From NCBI GenBank assembly GCA_013239625.1, contig MU054187.1, positions 14,480,974-14,544,973 of the forward strand: DNA of 64,000 nt, written 5' to 3'. The notes beneath the pieces were generated by a model. It was not told the origin of the DNA and did no database searches. It was given only the letters and a program-made list of their open reading frames with translations. Positions 1-13,501 of this stretch are shown here, piece by piece; the stretch's first letter is position 1, and each line of letters opens with the position of its first letter. This DNA is from Lama guanicoe. Lineage: Eukaryota. A program made the position numbers and the translations under genes.

Positions 1-199
1 CAGAAGAGAAGGAGGAAGAAAGAATCAAATTTGGACACATCACACATTGGTGAGAATTAATGAAAAAGGAAAATTTTGAAGGCCTTCAGAGGGGAAGAAA
101 AAGCACAGCAAGAGGAAAAAGTAGATAAGAATTATGGCACACCTCACATAAAGGCAAGAAAGCAAGAAAAATAAAAGTATACAGACTAGCAAGGGAAAA

Positions 200-1770
200 A
201 ACTGTCTTTATTCAAATACAGCACAATCACCAATACAGAAAATTGAAAAAAAAATCTACAAAACAAGCTACCCTACTGATAAGTCATTTCATCAGTGTTA
301 CAGGATACAAGGTCAATATATAAAAGCCAATGGTATTTCTACCAACTAAAAAAGAAGAATTGGAAATTGAAACTAAAAACTAGTACCATTAATAATAACA
401 TCAACAAACATGAAACATTTAGGGATAAACATAAAAAATGTGCAAGATATTTCTATGAAAAGGGACAAAACATCACTGGGACACCCAAAACCTAAATAAA
501 CAGAGAGCTAGATCTTGTTCATGGGTTGAAAGATTCAATATTCTTAAGATACCAGTTTATGCAAAACTGATCTACATAGTCAACACAATCCCCACAAAAA
601 ATCCCAACTGGATATTTTTTGGTAGAAATTGATCCTACAGTGTATTATCAAAGACTCTATGTTAGCCAAAATGAATTTTAAAAAGCCAAACAAAGATGGA
701 GTTCTTAATTTGATTTCAAAACTTACCCAAAAAGCTACACTCTATATATAGTTGTAATAGCTGAAGAACAGACATACAAATTAATCGAACAGAATAGAGA
801 ATCTAGGAACAGACCCACACTTATATAGTCAATTGAGTTTCAACAAATGTGGTAAGGAATTCAATGGAAAAAGCACTAATCTTTTAAACAAATGGTGCTA
901 GAGCAATTGGATAACCTATGAAAAAAAGGAGGAGAGAGGAAGGGAGAAGAGGGGAGTCCTTATTCTGATAAAGGACTGGCATCCAAAATATACAAAGAAC
1001 TTTTACAACTCAATAATAAGAAAGTAAACCACCCAATTTTTTAAAAGACTAAAGTTTTGAACAGATACTTCAAGGAAGAGATACGAATGGTAAATAAACA
1101 GATGATAAGCTACTCAGCATTATTAATTAGAGAAAATGCAATTAAAGTCCAATGAGATAACATTATACACGTACTAGTATGATCAAAGCTATCAAAACTG
1201 ATAATACCAAGTGATGGAGAAGATGTGGAGTAACTGGAAATCTCAAACACTGCTTGCGGAAATGCAAAATGCAACAGCCTCTCTGGAAAGTATCTTCAGT
1301 TTCTTATAAAGTTACAAGTGTACTTATTTCATGAATTTGTACCTATAGGATATATGTACAATAAAGACTTAAACATGAATGTTTATGATCACTTTATAAT
1401 AGCCTCCAGCTGGAAACAAATCAAATGTTGGTGAGGAATAAAACAATAAACAATAAAATAAAAAATACTAATGATAAATGCAAGACATGGACAAATCTCA
1501 ACAATAAGAAGCCAGACACAAAAGGCTACCCAACGTATGATTCAATTGATACAACATGCTGGAAGAAGGCAAAATTATGGAGACGGAAATTAGATCAGTG
1601 CTTGTCAGGGGCTGGGGAAAGGGAGGACATTTACTACAAATGGGCATTAAGAAACTGTATGGGGGTAGCAGAAATGTTATAAGTCTTAATTGTGATGGTG
1701 GTCGTTGAGTGTATACACACACATACTTGTCAAAATTCACTGGACCGCAACTCAATAAATCTGAATTTTT
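200..1770 (+). mobile_element. Old fragmented L1 (ORF2 3' part and 3' UTR)
   Basis: L1 motifs ggatacaaggtcaatata, catgggttgaaagattcaata, aacaaatggtgctagagcaattggata, agccagacacaaaagg, ending ctcaataaa. Confidence 0.8.
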
Positions 1771-2697
1771 TTTATAGCGGGGATATATTAGTGCATACAC
1801 ATAAAATATCTCTGTAAGCATATTTATTGCATTTTTATTTATCAAATCCTTATATAAGATTCACCATATTTCAGACACTATTCTAAATGCTGTATAAATA
1901 TTAACTCATTGTGGGAGATGCCTTTAGAGGAGAAACCAAGAGACTGAGGGTCTCAGGGTGAAGTAAGACGAACATTTTTTTCACTGTTTACTCTTTTGTG
2001 CTATTTAAATTCTTTTAACTATGTACCTATCTTGCTTATTTCTTTTAAAAAGCCAACTTTTAAAAAATTGCTTTCACAGGTTTATTTTTTACATTCTCCA
2101 AAGATCTTATTGATAAATCAACGTACACAGTTCTCTTATCTGATCTCTGCAGCATATGACCGCCAGCTCTGTCTCAAAGTCATCCTCTCCTCCCCTTCTG
2201 TGCAGGTATTCTTCCCTCCTCCCTCTTCCTGTGTCCCCCATGCACGTTATCTGCCACTGAAATCTTACCATGCACACTCTAGAAGGATCCCTGGTGTCTT
2301 TCTCCTCCTCTACCACCACTGTCTTAGTTCAGACCCTCAGCATCTTTTACCTTAGCATTTCTGCTAACACTGGCCTCCCGGCCTCCAGTCCTCTCCTGCC
2401 AAATCCGTTCACTCCATTATACAGGACTGTCTTTTGAAGAAGGCAAACCAGATCATGTCACTTTCATGTTCAAATCTCAATTTAATAATTCAGAAGCTCC
2501 TTACTTCACATAAAAACAGTGGTCTCAGCTATTCCTGACTTTCCAGATTCATCTTCACACATCCTATAATTTTAATTATACTATAATTTTTGTTGTATGA
2601 TTAAAACTCCTCACCCCCTAACACTTACTGGTCAGGTTCCTGGAGTGCAGGGACCAAATTCCAGTCATCTTATTCTAAGTGTTTGGCATTTAGTGGG

Positions 2698-3023
2698 TGT
2701 GATGGTTAATTTTATGTGTCGACTTGTCTGGGCTACAGTACTCAGATATTTGGTCAGACATTATTCTGGGTGTTTCTTCTTCTGGAAGAGATTTAAATCA
2801 CTGAACTCCGAGGGAAGCAGATGGCTCTCTATAACGTGGGTGGGCCTCGTGAGTGGAAGGCCTCTTAAGCTGCCCTTCCTTGGAGCAAAAGGGAGCTCTC
2901 CAGCTGACAGCCTGTAGACGCTGCAGCTCCTTCCTGAATCTCCCGCCTGCAGGCCTCCCCAGCAGATTTTGGACTAGTTAAGCCTCCAAAACTGCATGGG
3001 CCAATTCCTTAAAATTAGTCTGT

Positions 3024-3062
<39 letters not shown>

Positions 3063-3106
3063 CCTGTCAGCCTCTGTTTCTATGGAGAACCAGGACTAGT
3101 AACACA
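2698..3106 (+). mobile_element. MLT2-type (ERVL) solo LTR
   Basis: Starts TGTGATGGTTAATTTTATGTGTC and ends tctgtttctatggagaac...aacaCA; TG...CA termini; flanks gtggg/gtgag resemble a 5-bp TSD. Confidence 0.85.
3025..3060 (+). repeat. (AC)18 microsatellite inside the MLT2 LTR
   Basis: Perfect dinucleotide run. Confidence 0.97.
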
Positions 3107-4348
3107 GTGAGGATGCAAAAAATGTTTTTCAAATTAATGAAATTAATGCTGGTTTTTTTGTCCTGTTTTATTTTCACTTAACTTACAAATAAACCTCTAT
3201 GAGAAGATTTATTTTCGCATACTTTTATAAATCACTCACCAGTTTTAAGTCAATATAAATGTGTTAAGTTAAAACAACATACATACAATATAAGAACTAC
3301 AGCAACTTGAACACGTGTTAGGTTTCATGTTACAAATACCTTTAAAAGAAGAAAAGTATACACTAGCCAGGTTATAAAAACAGAATTGAAATCTCTAGCA
3401 ATACCGCATAGACAAATAATTTTTTAATCACTCAAAATAATTGCCTAGATATTCATAGTTGCCTTAAAAAGAAAAGTGTATCTAAATGTTTTTAACACAT
3501 GATTTTGTTTCGACTCTAAGCTTCACAAATGTGTTTCCGCAGAAACTAAAAATATCCCTGAAACAGAATCCTTATGTGAGAAAATGGCATGGAAAAAAGC
3601 ATACTGTTTATGACATAAATAATCATTAAGCCTGTTGTGTGACTGTTCATACAAATAAAATGTTCAATAAAAATAATTTCTATATATGCATAGATAAAAT
3701 GATAATTTAATACAAAATGAAATTAAGCCAGTTCCTGTCAAGTTATCTGCCAAGTCCTAATGTCAGGTGTTAATGATGTCATTAACTGCTGCAGAAGAAA
3801 TAAGGGACCATGAACACAAGTATTGTCAGAAAATAAACACCTTCTGAGTTTACCTTTAAATTTAAAGTAAATAGAAAAATTAGTTTATATAGTCCTATAT
3901 AGTTCCTTCCCCAAAGGAATAACTCAGGATCTTTATTTCCAGTGTTTTCAGCTGTATTCCAGAAATAAAGACTAATAACGTCTATCCTTAAAAAGCACAA
4001 ATTAAAACTGTCTATAGGGCAAAAATCATCAGTCAGTAAGCTAAAAATTATTAAATTGGTATTATATAAAATATGTATAACCATACAACAAACTTTTAGT
4101 GTCTGCTAACTGTAACGTTATAATTAATATTTCATCTTGACCCCTAAACAGATGTTATCTTCCACCCGGAAAATCTATCTTTAAGGACACGAAGATAAGA
4201 GCACTGCCTTAGAAAAGTTAAAACTTGACATCTACTTGAACATCGGTTAAGACAGTACTTAGAGTCAAGGAATACTGGAACAGAATCTGTTCATCACTTT
4301 TAGTTATTCTGACAGGATAGAATGTGTCCATGTAAATTCAACCCTCAC

Positions 4349-4480
4349 CTTGTCAAGTTGATCTTGAAGACTAGTGGACGCTTTATAACCAAGTTGTAAC
4401 AGCATTGCTTCCGCAGCATTTTTTTTGGCTATCTTTTTATTAGGTCCTGTTCCAGTAGCAACTTCATTGCCTACCTTGAC
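4349..4480 (-). CDS. STAU2: STAU2 coding exon (132 nt), end of dsRBD4: VKVGNEVATGTGPNKKIAKKNAAEAMLLQLGYKASTSLQDQLDK
   Basis: Translated by hand; acceptor cttatcag|GTC, donor AAG|gtgagg; phase 0/0. Confidence 0.96.
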
Positions 4481-4532
4481 CTGATAAGATAAAGTAAGAA
4501 ATTAATGATTGTTGCTTTGGTAACAAACCTTA

Positions 4533-5532
4533 ACACCAAAACCACAATGAGATATCACCTTACACCTGTCAGAATGGCTATCATCAAAAAGAACACAAAT
4601 AACAAACACTGGCTAGGATGTGGAGAAAAGGGAACCCTTGCACGCTGTTGGTGGGAATATAGATTGGTGCAGACACTGTGTAAAACAGTATGCAGGGTTC
4701 TCAAAAAACTAAAACTAGAACTACCACATGACCCAGCAATTTCATGCCTGGGTATATGTTCGAAAAACACAAGAACACTAATTAGAAAAGATACATGTGG
4801 TGGGAGGGTATAGATCAATGGTAGAGTGCATGCCTAGCATGCATGAGGTCCTCGGTTCAATCCCCAGTACCTCTAGTAAATAAATAAACAAACAAATAAA
4901 TAAATAAACAAACAAACAAACAAATTACCTCACCCCCAAGAGATAAAATAAAATATAAAAAAAGAACACACACTCCAATGTTCATAACAGCAATATTTAC
5001 AATAGTCAAGATATGGAAGCAACCCAACTATCCATCAACAGATGAATGGATTAAGAAGATGTGGGGGGGTGGAATACTACTCAGCCATAAAAAGAATGAA
5101 ATTTTGCCATCTGCAACAACATAGACCTGGAGAGTATTATGCTAAGTGAAATAAGTCAGACAGAGAAAGACAAATACTATATGATATCACTTATATGTGG
5201 AATCTAAAAAACACAACAAACTAGTAAATATAACAAAAGACAAATAGACTTAACAGATGTAGAAAGCAAACTAGTGGGTACCAGTGGGGAGAGGGAAGCG
5301 GGGAGAGGTACAAAGGGGTAGGGGATTAAGAGGTACTAACTATCATGTATAAAATAACCTACAAAGATAAACTGTACAACACAGGGAATATAGCCAATAT
5401 TTTATAATAACTATAAATGGAGCACAATTTTAAACTATTAAAATTGTGAATTATTATACTGTACACCTGTAACATACAATATTGTACATCAACAATACTT
5501 CAATAAATCTTTAATCTAAATAAATAATAAAA
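4533..5532 (+). mobile_element. 5'-truncated L1 3' end (ORF2 C-terminus and 3' UTR), interrupted by a SINE
   Basis: ORF track reads [17 protein letters not shown]...[12 protein letters not shown] (L1 ORF2p C-terminus); 3' UTR tgtacaacacagggaatatagccaatat; caataaa plus A-rich tail. Confidence 0.92.
4799..4963 (+). mobile_element. tRNA-derived SINE (camelid Vic-1-like)
   Basis: Head gggagggtatagatcaatggtagagtgcatgcctagcatgcatgaggtcctcggttcaatccccagtacc has A and B boxes; (TAAA/CAAA)n tail; it splits the L1 at aaaagatacat/aaaagaacaca. Confidence 0.88.
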
Positions 5533-5629
5533 TGATACATATATTTAAAAATTAAAATAATGTGCACATGGCATGCCAAGTATATAAAAGTTTATACTAA
5601 ATAGTTCCTGAAGAGAATTAATATATAAA

Positions 5630-5725
5630 GGTTAGTACAATAGTGTGGTTAAGAACAAAGACTTCCAAGTCAGGTTGGGGTATGAAATCCAACTCTACTA
5701 CTTCCCAGCTGCATGAACTGATTCA
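5630..5725 (+). mobile_element. MIR fragment
   Basis: gtggttaagaacaaagactt...aaatccaactctactacttcccagctg resembles the MIR 5' region. Confidence 0.6.
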
Positions 5726-7904
5726 AATTAAAATCTGACTGCCTCCCATATCTGGACTGGCCTGCACCTGACCTGAATAACAGGCCCTAACTATAATGTC
5801 CTTGATCCCTGGCTAGAGCCAGCTTTTGCTACCAGTTGTTTTTTCCAGTGCTTGGTTTGTTCCCCAGCTTCACCAGCCCCTGTGTTGTTGCTGGAATGCT
5901 TGCTGGCTAAATGATTAGGCCAGCTACGTCACAAGCTTCCTCTACTGCTCTGAGGGTCAAAAGATTTGCCAAAGTAAATGGCAGCAAAAGATAACTGAGC
6001 AGTGAAAATTGTTTCATCTGTTTTTATATCCCACATCCATCTCCTCATTCTCATTTAATTCTGCTGCTTCTTCCCTAAAATCTCATGTATCCACCCACGT
6101 CTGCTGCCCTTTGGCTGCAGGTTCCTGCTCCTGGGTGATGGGGTTCCCATCACAGCATTCACCTTAGACCTGTGTCTGATGGCTTTCCACCTGCCCTATT
6201 CTGATCCTTCAAGACTTACTTCCAGAACAGGTGCTTCCAAATTCGTTTTCCCCATCCATCCATCCCTTGCCTCACACAAGTTTCCTCACAGTTGCATGGT
6301 TCAATAGTTTGTGAGTAGTTGGTTACTCCAGAGTTATTTGTTAGTACTGAAAAAGACCACTATGCTGAAGGACTTTGTTCTCTGCCAACACACAATGGTC
6401 ACTCAAAAAAAAAAAATTACTGCATTATACAAATCAAGTAAGTATGTGAGTAAACTTCCAAAAGTCATCTTCCTAGAAAGCTCACAAATTTAAGATTTTT
6501 ATATTAAGATGTTAATTTTTCTATGAAGAAGCTCAATTATTTTGCTACACAAGAAACTTCAGACTGCCAGATTTTTATCTTTAAGCAAATCAGTTAAATA
6601 AATCAAGTCCTCAAAAAACTAACAAAAGGTTCTAAAATAGCATTTACCAAGAGCTTAATTATCTTTCGTTGAGACACAAACAAATTAATCAAGTTTCCTT
6701 TACATATATTTTTTTAAAACCTGGAGATCCTAATCACAGGTAGAAAAATTAACATCATATGATATATAATAAAAGAATGTACACAATTTAGTTATCATTG
6801 TTTTCTCTTTGAAAAATTAAAATGCTCTTCAAAAAAATAAACAACTCTCAAGAAATTTGCTCTAGAGCTAAGTACTCAAATAATGTCACCAGAGATTTTC
6901 CTTTATCTAGTTATCAACACAAGTAACCACATCCAAACACATGTTTGTTTGTGGGGGGGTTTTGGTGATAAATATATATGAGCACATTATCTTTAGATAG
7001 TTTATTTCCACATTCAATTGTAATGAATGATAACATTGCTTAAGTAGTTTATACAGAAGCTTTTACTTTGATAAAGCTGCTGCAATACTACAATGAATCC
7101 ACTGAGGCTTTCAGAAGACAGAAGACAGAAAAACAATACAAATTCAGTGTGAAAACATTTAAAAGCACAGCCAAATGTTCCTGTTTGACTAGAATGTTTA
7201 TGAATACCCATAAAATGGAAGCTGGCCTAAGATACTCTAAATTCCTCTTTCAAAAGAGCTACTCACTGTACTCCACAGAAAAGTAATTGTTTAATCAAGT
7301 CAAAGCCAGTTTTTATTCCTAACTCAGGTCTAAAATTTAGGTAATTTTTTTTTCCATCAAGCTTTGGCGTTCAAAGAATACTTTCTAGAATTCTTCAAAG
7401 TTAAGAATGTAAAAAGAAAAAAGGTGCACATATTTTACAAAGTGAAAATATTGGGACAACACTGCCCTGGGTCCCAGTGACATCTAGACAACGATGTGTT
7501 TACTAACCACAGAAGAATTCCCCTCTCTATGGACATCTAAGTTCCCACCTGTGGTTTACCTGTGACTATGTCACAAGTTTGTATCTCCAACAAAAGCCAA
7601 ACATACGAGCTCGCAGCCAGGCAGGCAGCAAATACACAACATAGGTTTATAAAGATCCTACTATATACATACTACTGTACTGGGTTTACTGTGAGATAAA
7701 GACGTATGAGGATCATAAATTAGGAAGGAGGGTAAAATTAGACGTGCATGGAGAGTTAATCAACATGAGATACTATGTTTGAGTCCAAAATGTCCGCCAC
7801 ATGGTCAGCCCTTTATAAAAAACATCTGTTGATTTTAATTGCATTATGTTAAAGGTGAGATCCACAGGTTTGACTAGGAAAAGTTTCTTTGACAAGCCTA
7901 TTAT

Positions 7905-8390
7905 AAGAAACGCAGTTTGGGGACAGTAAGGAGAATTTAAATATAGACTGTGATTAGATGACTCTAATAAACCACGCCTAATATAAGAAAAACTTCCAGA
8001 CCCAGCGCGCTGGAGGGCAGGCGTGGAGGGGCTGGCCGCCTGGGACGAGGGGCTGCAAGCAGTGTGGGGCCGGGTGTGGGGGGGGGAGCTGTACAAAGGA
8101 AAAAAAGAAAAACTTCCATATTTTTTAGAGATATACATTAAGTATGTAGGCTAAAATGACACGTGGTTACAAATTAGCTTTAAAATACTTCAGGGAAAGA
8201 AGGGAAGGCGGGTGGAGGGAAGAGAGGATGGGAGGAAAGAAAAATTGATAGCTAAAGCAAGTGCAGCAGAAATCTTAACAGTTGTTTCTGGATGATGGAC
8301 ATATTTCCCAATATTCCATTATACTATTCTCTACAGCATACTATTAAATATACCCACCATGGATATATTTGAAATTTTTATAATAGGAAC
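7905..8390 (+). mobile_element. Old L1ME-like 3' UTR fragment, host of the TSD-flanked insert
   Basis: tttggggacagtaaggagaatttaaatatagactg...attttttagagatatacat...tttgaaatttttataata. Confidence 0.6.
7999..8104 (+). other. Unidentified GC-rich ~106-bp retroposed insert
   Basis: Perfect direct repeat aagaaaaacttcca at 7985-7998 and 8105-8118; insert ends ...tacaaaggaaaa. Confidence 0.75.
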
Positions 8391-9051
8391 TAAAGGTTTC
8401 TGTGATACCGGGACTTGAGTGGGCAAATGAAGATGGATAGGCAGGGTTTAAAACAAAGGAGAGCATTTCAGGCATTTCACCTCATTCCTAGTCCCCACCC
8501 ACTACCCATACACCAGCCACCATTCTTCAGTTTTCCTGACTGCGCAATGCAGCAGTTAAGCCTCTCAGCAATCCCGGGCCCTCAGGCCTCCCCACAGTTA
8601 GGTAGCCAGCCAGCTCTCTGTCCCTAGTTTCTCTAATAATCCCAAAGCTCATGCTTTTGGCCCTGTTCCATCGACTACATCCATCCTTCTAAATTTTGTT
8701 TCTAATTCTATCTGTCTTTTATTCCCAGTAGTTAACAGACTCCAGCTGCAAACTGCAACACATTAAGTGAGAGATAGGTATTGTGAATGATGAACTCTGT
8801 GGTAAATAACCTGGTGAACTCACAGCTCCTTGGAAACCTCCTCCTGTCTGTCTAGCATGGCCTTGACACTTGAATGTTTCAACCAAGTTGGTAGGCGGGC
8901 CTAGAGGGAGTGAATGCTTCAAGGGTAAAGAGTTTTACTTTCTACTCTTCATTCCTAGTTTGCCTTTCCACCATATCTCTAGTCCAGCCTCAGGATTTCT
9001 AATTTTTTCAATAGTTAAAAAAAAATCTTCTAATAAAAAACTTAGAAATAC

Positions 9052-9189
9052 CTGCATCACAAACTCCCGACGTCGGGGCATTCCTCTCTCTGAAAGCAAA
9101 ACATAATCTGGCTCCTTCTCCTTCTTGGCCTGTTGAATCTGAGCCAGGCGGCTAATGGGGTTCATTCCTTGACCATATTCTGGTCCAGC
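9052..9189 (-). CDS. STAU2: STAU2 coding exon (138 nt), start of dsRBD4: [46 protein letters not shown]
   Basis: Acceptor ttttttag|GCT, donor CAG|gtattt; phase 0/0. Confidence 0.97.
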
Positions 9190-9479
9190 CTAAAAAATAA
9201 TTTAACAAAAAATTTCAAGGCATGCTTGTGACAACATGTTATTAGATCCTTAAAGAAACCATGGTTCTCCCCTCCTTCCTGTAGCCCAAAACTGTTGACT
9301 ACAGAAAACAAGTGAAAATTATGAAAACTCAGAGTGAGTGCTTTACATTTACTAGCTGCTGCTGCTGCTGTCACCAGGGTGAGCATCATTCATCTGATCA
9401 GTACTCTGCATCCTAGTACCACTCCCCGGCATCCTAGGAAGTCACCACACAGCACTGTCATTGGCAGGAGGAACACCGG

Positions 9480-9685
9480 GTTACAGCTCAGTGGTTCAGG
9501 CTGCTCCACAGGACAGCTGAATACAAGTGGGTGAATTCTTTGGACATGTTTCATAAAACCTGATTTGTAAAATGAGGGGTAACATCTGCCTTGCCCCATC
9601 ATGGTAAGAATTTTACCAAAGGTGATCATGAATGGGAAAGTATTTTTAAAACCATAAAAAACTATAGATAAGGTATTATTATTAT
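9480..9685 (+). mobile_element. MIR
   Basis: Core tttgtaaaatgaggggtaa...ctgccttgcc and 3' end tattattattatt. Confidence 0.55.
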
Positions 9686-9878
9686 TTCACAAACAAGCAC
9701 AGACATACAAGTGTCTAAAAGCAAAACCGAATTCTTATTAATTTACAGGCACATGTCCAACCCTGACTCTGGGACTGTACATAACCCACAGGTTTAGGTG
9801 CCTGCCCTGTGGAAACTTCCAGCTAGAGTTACTATAATGTTTATATAGTAAAACTAATGTTCACAAGCACACACTTAC

Positions 9879-10091
9879 CTTTACTATTGTCTTAGGGCGT
9901 TTTTTAAAAAATAGTTTTGGCTTTTCAACCACAGGAAGAGGTGGAAGTTTCTTAAGCTCCTGGAGGACAGTGGTCGCAGCGCGCTTCTTGGAGAGTTTCT
10001 TGCTGTTTCCCTCTCCTTCCGCGGAGAACTCTCCCACTGACACCCGAGTAACAAAGCTTTTCATGTGCGGTGGTCCACTTTCTTTAATAAC
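9879..10091 (-). CDS. STAU2: STAU2 coding exon (213 nt), dsRBD3 and basic NLS region: [71 protein letters not shown]
   Basis: Acceptor attttacag|GTT, donor AAG|gtaagt; phase 0/0; GPPH and GxSKK dsRBD motifs. Confidence 0.97.
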
Positions 10092-12145
10092 CTGTAAAAT
10101 ATAAGTGAAATATTCAATACAAGCACTTAAGATGTGTTCTTATGACATGAATCTTTTTAAATGTTCATATCATACACAAAATTGAAATTATTAAGAATTA
10201 TGCCAAAACTATAGATTTCTTGAAGAAAGCTATTATGGGATTACTCACTTATGATACTCAGGATGCTGAATGAACTGAAGTTGAAGAAACAGAAATCTAA
10301 ATAAATACATTCAATTCATGGTCAAAATTGGGTTTTGCTAGCTTAAAACAGGTAATTCTAACTATAGTTACCGTTTCTCATGGACCAGAAAAGTAAGAAC
10401 GTAGAACAGACTGTCTTACATTAGGTACACAGGCCATCCAGAATGATCGTTTGTATAAACTATGTACCTATGTAACTTTCTCCTCTGTAAGAGCAGGTTA
10501 CTGAAGCACAAGGACTATCTCACTGGAGTCTATAACCCATAAAGCATCCTGTGTGTGGAAGCCTATCAAAAGCAGGTGATGGATGAAAAACAACCTGTTT
10601 TGGATGGAGACCTCAAAGGCTGACATTCCTCGAAGGAATGTTTACTCTCTGTGACATGATCTTAAAAAAGTTAGTAGATGTGCCATAAAAATACCTAGCT
10701 TTCTGGACTATGAATGGATTATGAATCTGTCAGCTATGAACGTTCCTAATCCCTGTATTAATGTGCTCTTTTAAACCATACCAGCTTTGGGAGGAAAGAT
10801 GACTTCCAAAACCTGAGTGCTCAGAACTTCAGCCTCCTTAAAAATTATGACCTATAAAAGATGCCCTATTTAGTTAAATAGTTTACCATTGAACATTATA
10901 TTCAAAAATGTGTCTTCTAACATTGGATACCAATTAGGAAAAGATACACTATCTCAATAATCCGTATTACTGTGGATAAAGAATTTATGATCAGCACTCC
11001 AAGTAATTTAAGTTTACAAGTTGAAACATTAAAACTTTATTTTAATCACTTTAATGGACATCTTCCTCGACTGAAAAAAAGCATATACTTGCCTGCCTTA
11101 ACAAAGAATACTGAATATGTAACCGTCTATGGCTCACGTTAGATCATCATTATGACCATCAAATATTCTACACTATATTACGTTGATGCCTCTGTGGACA
11201 CCTAAGACTTAACAAAACTGTTCTTATTCATTGTAAAAGGCCTCATGTTCCAATGACTACTGAGTATACTAAATTACTTTTGCTTTCCATATTTTGCTTA
11301 TCATTTCTTGCTGGGACCAGCAGGCCCTCAAGTATGTTCTCTTCCTGCCTTCCTCATTTTGCTGCCTGCAATCTGCTATGGGCTGCGACATCTGATAACC
11401 CAGCTTGTTTGTGTCTAAGAAGAAAGCAAACAGGTTCTCAGTCAAGGGAAGTAGATTCTGCCAATGAGTGAAATGTGGGAGCTTTCTAGTGGGTGAACAT
11501 CACATAATTTGAAGGAAGATACTCCACAACTATCCCCACTTATTTCCTGAGTTCTGCCTATTTTCTGGATATCTGAGTTGCAATATTAGTGACCTCTTAC
11601 TAAAGAAGGTATTACAATAATTTAACGTTTCTTTCTCTTTTAAATGTCACACAATTGTAAAACTATTTTGTGACATATTTACCTAGCTGCAAACTAGAGA
11701 GCTGCTTAAATTACTTCTTAATGACTTTAGCGAAAGGTTAAATTTAAACATATTTTGACCTTCACAAATTTAAAAGAAGTTAGATGTTAATATATAATAC
11801 ATGTCACTAAATATTAACTTAATATTTTCAATTTGATCTTATTAAAAACACCAAATCTTATAGGGTACTAACAAATTGTCTTAAACTCAAAAAAATAAAT
11901 TTTATGATGAAACTTGAAATATCATCTATACAAATGGCTTAATACAGAAAAGCTAAAGAGATCAGCAGGAATCCATGATATTATAATAAGTTCTATTTCT
12001 CCCAGGGCCCATATCATTTCATGATAGAGAGCCTGAATATTAAGGAAGCACATGAATTCTTTCAAGATACTAAAATTTTATTTGTTTATTTAAAATAATG
12101 AGGAGCAAAGAGGGGAAAAAGAAAGGTCTCTTATTGGATACATAC

Positions 12146-12253
12146 CTCAAAACTGACGGGCATATTTCGCTTCAGAGCAATTTCAAACACTAAGCTGATC
12201 TCTGATTTATTGGCATCTTTATCATCATCCATTTCTTTTCCTGATTCACCATT
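12146..12253 (-). CDS. STAU2: STAU2 coding exon (108 nt), start of dsRBD3: NGESGKEMDDDKDANKSEISLVFEIALKRNMPVSFE
   Basis: Translated by hand (not in ORF track); acceptor gatttag|AAT, donor GAG|gtatgt; phase 0/0. Confidence 0.96.
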
Positions 12254-13501
12254 CTAAATCACAAAAAGTAGGATGACACTGAATTTTCACGTTGTAACAA
12301 ACTTTACACATATTCTACAATCAAGAGGACCTATCTAAAATACCGTAAGAAACAGGAAATCAGAGACTGTATCTTGTGGATTCCCATGTAACCACCATGT
12401 CGAGGGCTTTGCCGTGAGGCTTCATATGATTTGGTTTTAATTTTTCTCCTCAGAGTGGAAGGATAAATGCTGAATGTGGAAATCTTTGCTCAACCATACA
12501 CTAATTTGAGTTTATCCTACAAACCCAGACCCAGTTCTCTTTAGAGCTCTCCATTACACACACACACAGACATACACAATACTCCACTGGTGTATGACAT
12601 TTAATCTTCTATGATGACTAAGTTGTAGAAAGGCTGCAAACCAGAATTTTGGAGCTCTGTGTCTGATTCTGCACCAATTTACTTATTCACTTATTTAACA
12701 TTTACCTCTGGAGGGCCTGATACATGCTGAACACAGTATAAGCATTAAAGAGATCATGAGACAGTATCCCTGCTGTCAAAAAGTGTGTGACTTGGTGGGA
12801 AAACAGATAAGGAAACAGATAAAGAGTCATAATGAAAGTGTACAAGGACAAAAATACTAAGTCTGCCATTAAATAAGATAAATCTCAAAGGGGGAGGAAC
12901 AACAGGCGTGAGGAAAGGCAAACTGCAAAGGTCAAAACGTACAGCTTCAGATAACTACGTGGAGAACTCAACCAGGTGACTTATTAAACACGCCCGAGCT
13001 GGAGATATTATTTTGAGGTCTGTGGAGAAAGTGGCTGTGGCCTTGAGAACGGGTAAAATTACTGAAGATGAGCCTCAATAACCTCACTGGTAAAACAAGG
13101 TAGGACTAAAATAAAATTCATAAAGACCTCTTCCACGTTAAATTCCTTGATTCTAGATTAATTAATATAATGCCATCCATGCTCAGTAAAACACAGCACT
13201 AAATACAAGGCAAGTGAATGTTGTTTCTCATCCTTGTTCACATCCCAAGTCCTGCCTTGCCTGGAAAGGGAAGTCCCCAAGGTGAACCAAAGTGCCCAAA
13301 GGCAAGTAAGCTCATCCCAGCAGGAACACACGAGTCCCGTCGCAAAGCACACAGGTTATCTGAGGAGCAAATCATGGCAGATCGCCATGCTAGTATTCCT
13401 TCCTAACAGAAGAGATTATTTTTGTTAAAAAAAAATTATCTTCTCAATAATCTTCCAGGGGGACTAACAGAAACAGGCAGCCGCGTGCGGCGGGGACACA
13501 C

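Noticed and set aside
4505..4813. 102-aa ORF, and similar ORFs at 31747, 36689, 37459, 53037 and 53699
   Set aside because: Decayed L1 ORF1/ORF2 fragments, not host genes.
4799..4875. tRNA-like sequence (also 58040-58119)
   Set aside because: Has SINE tails and TSDs and lacks an intact cloverleaf; a SINE head rather than a tRNA gene.
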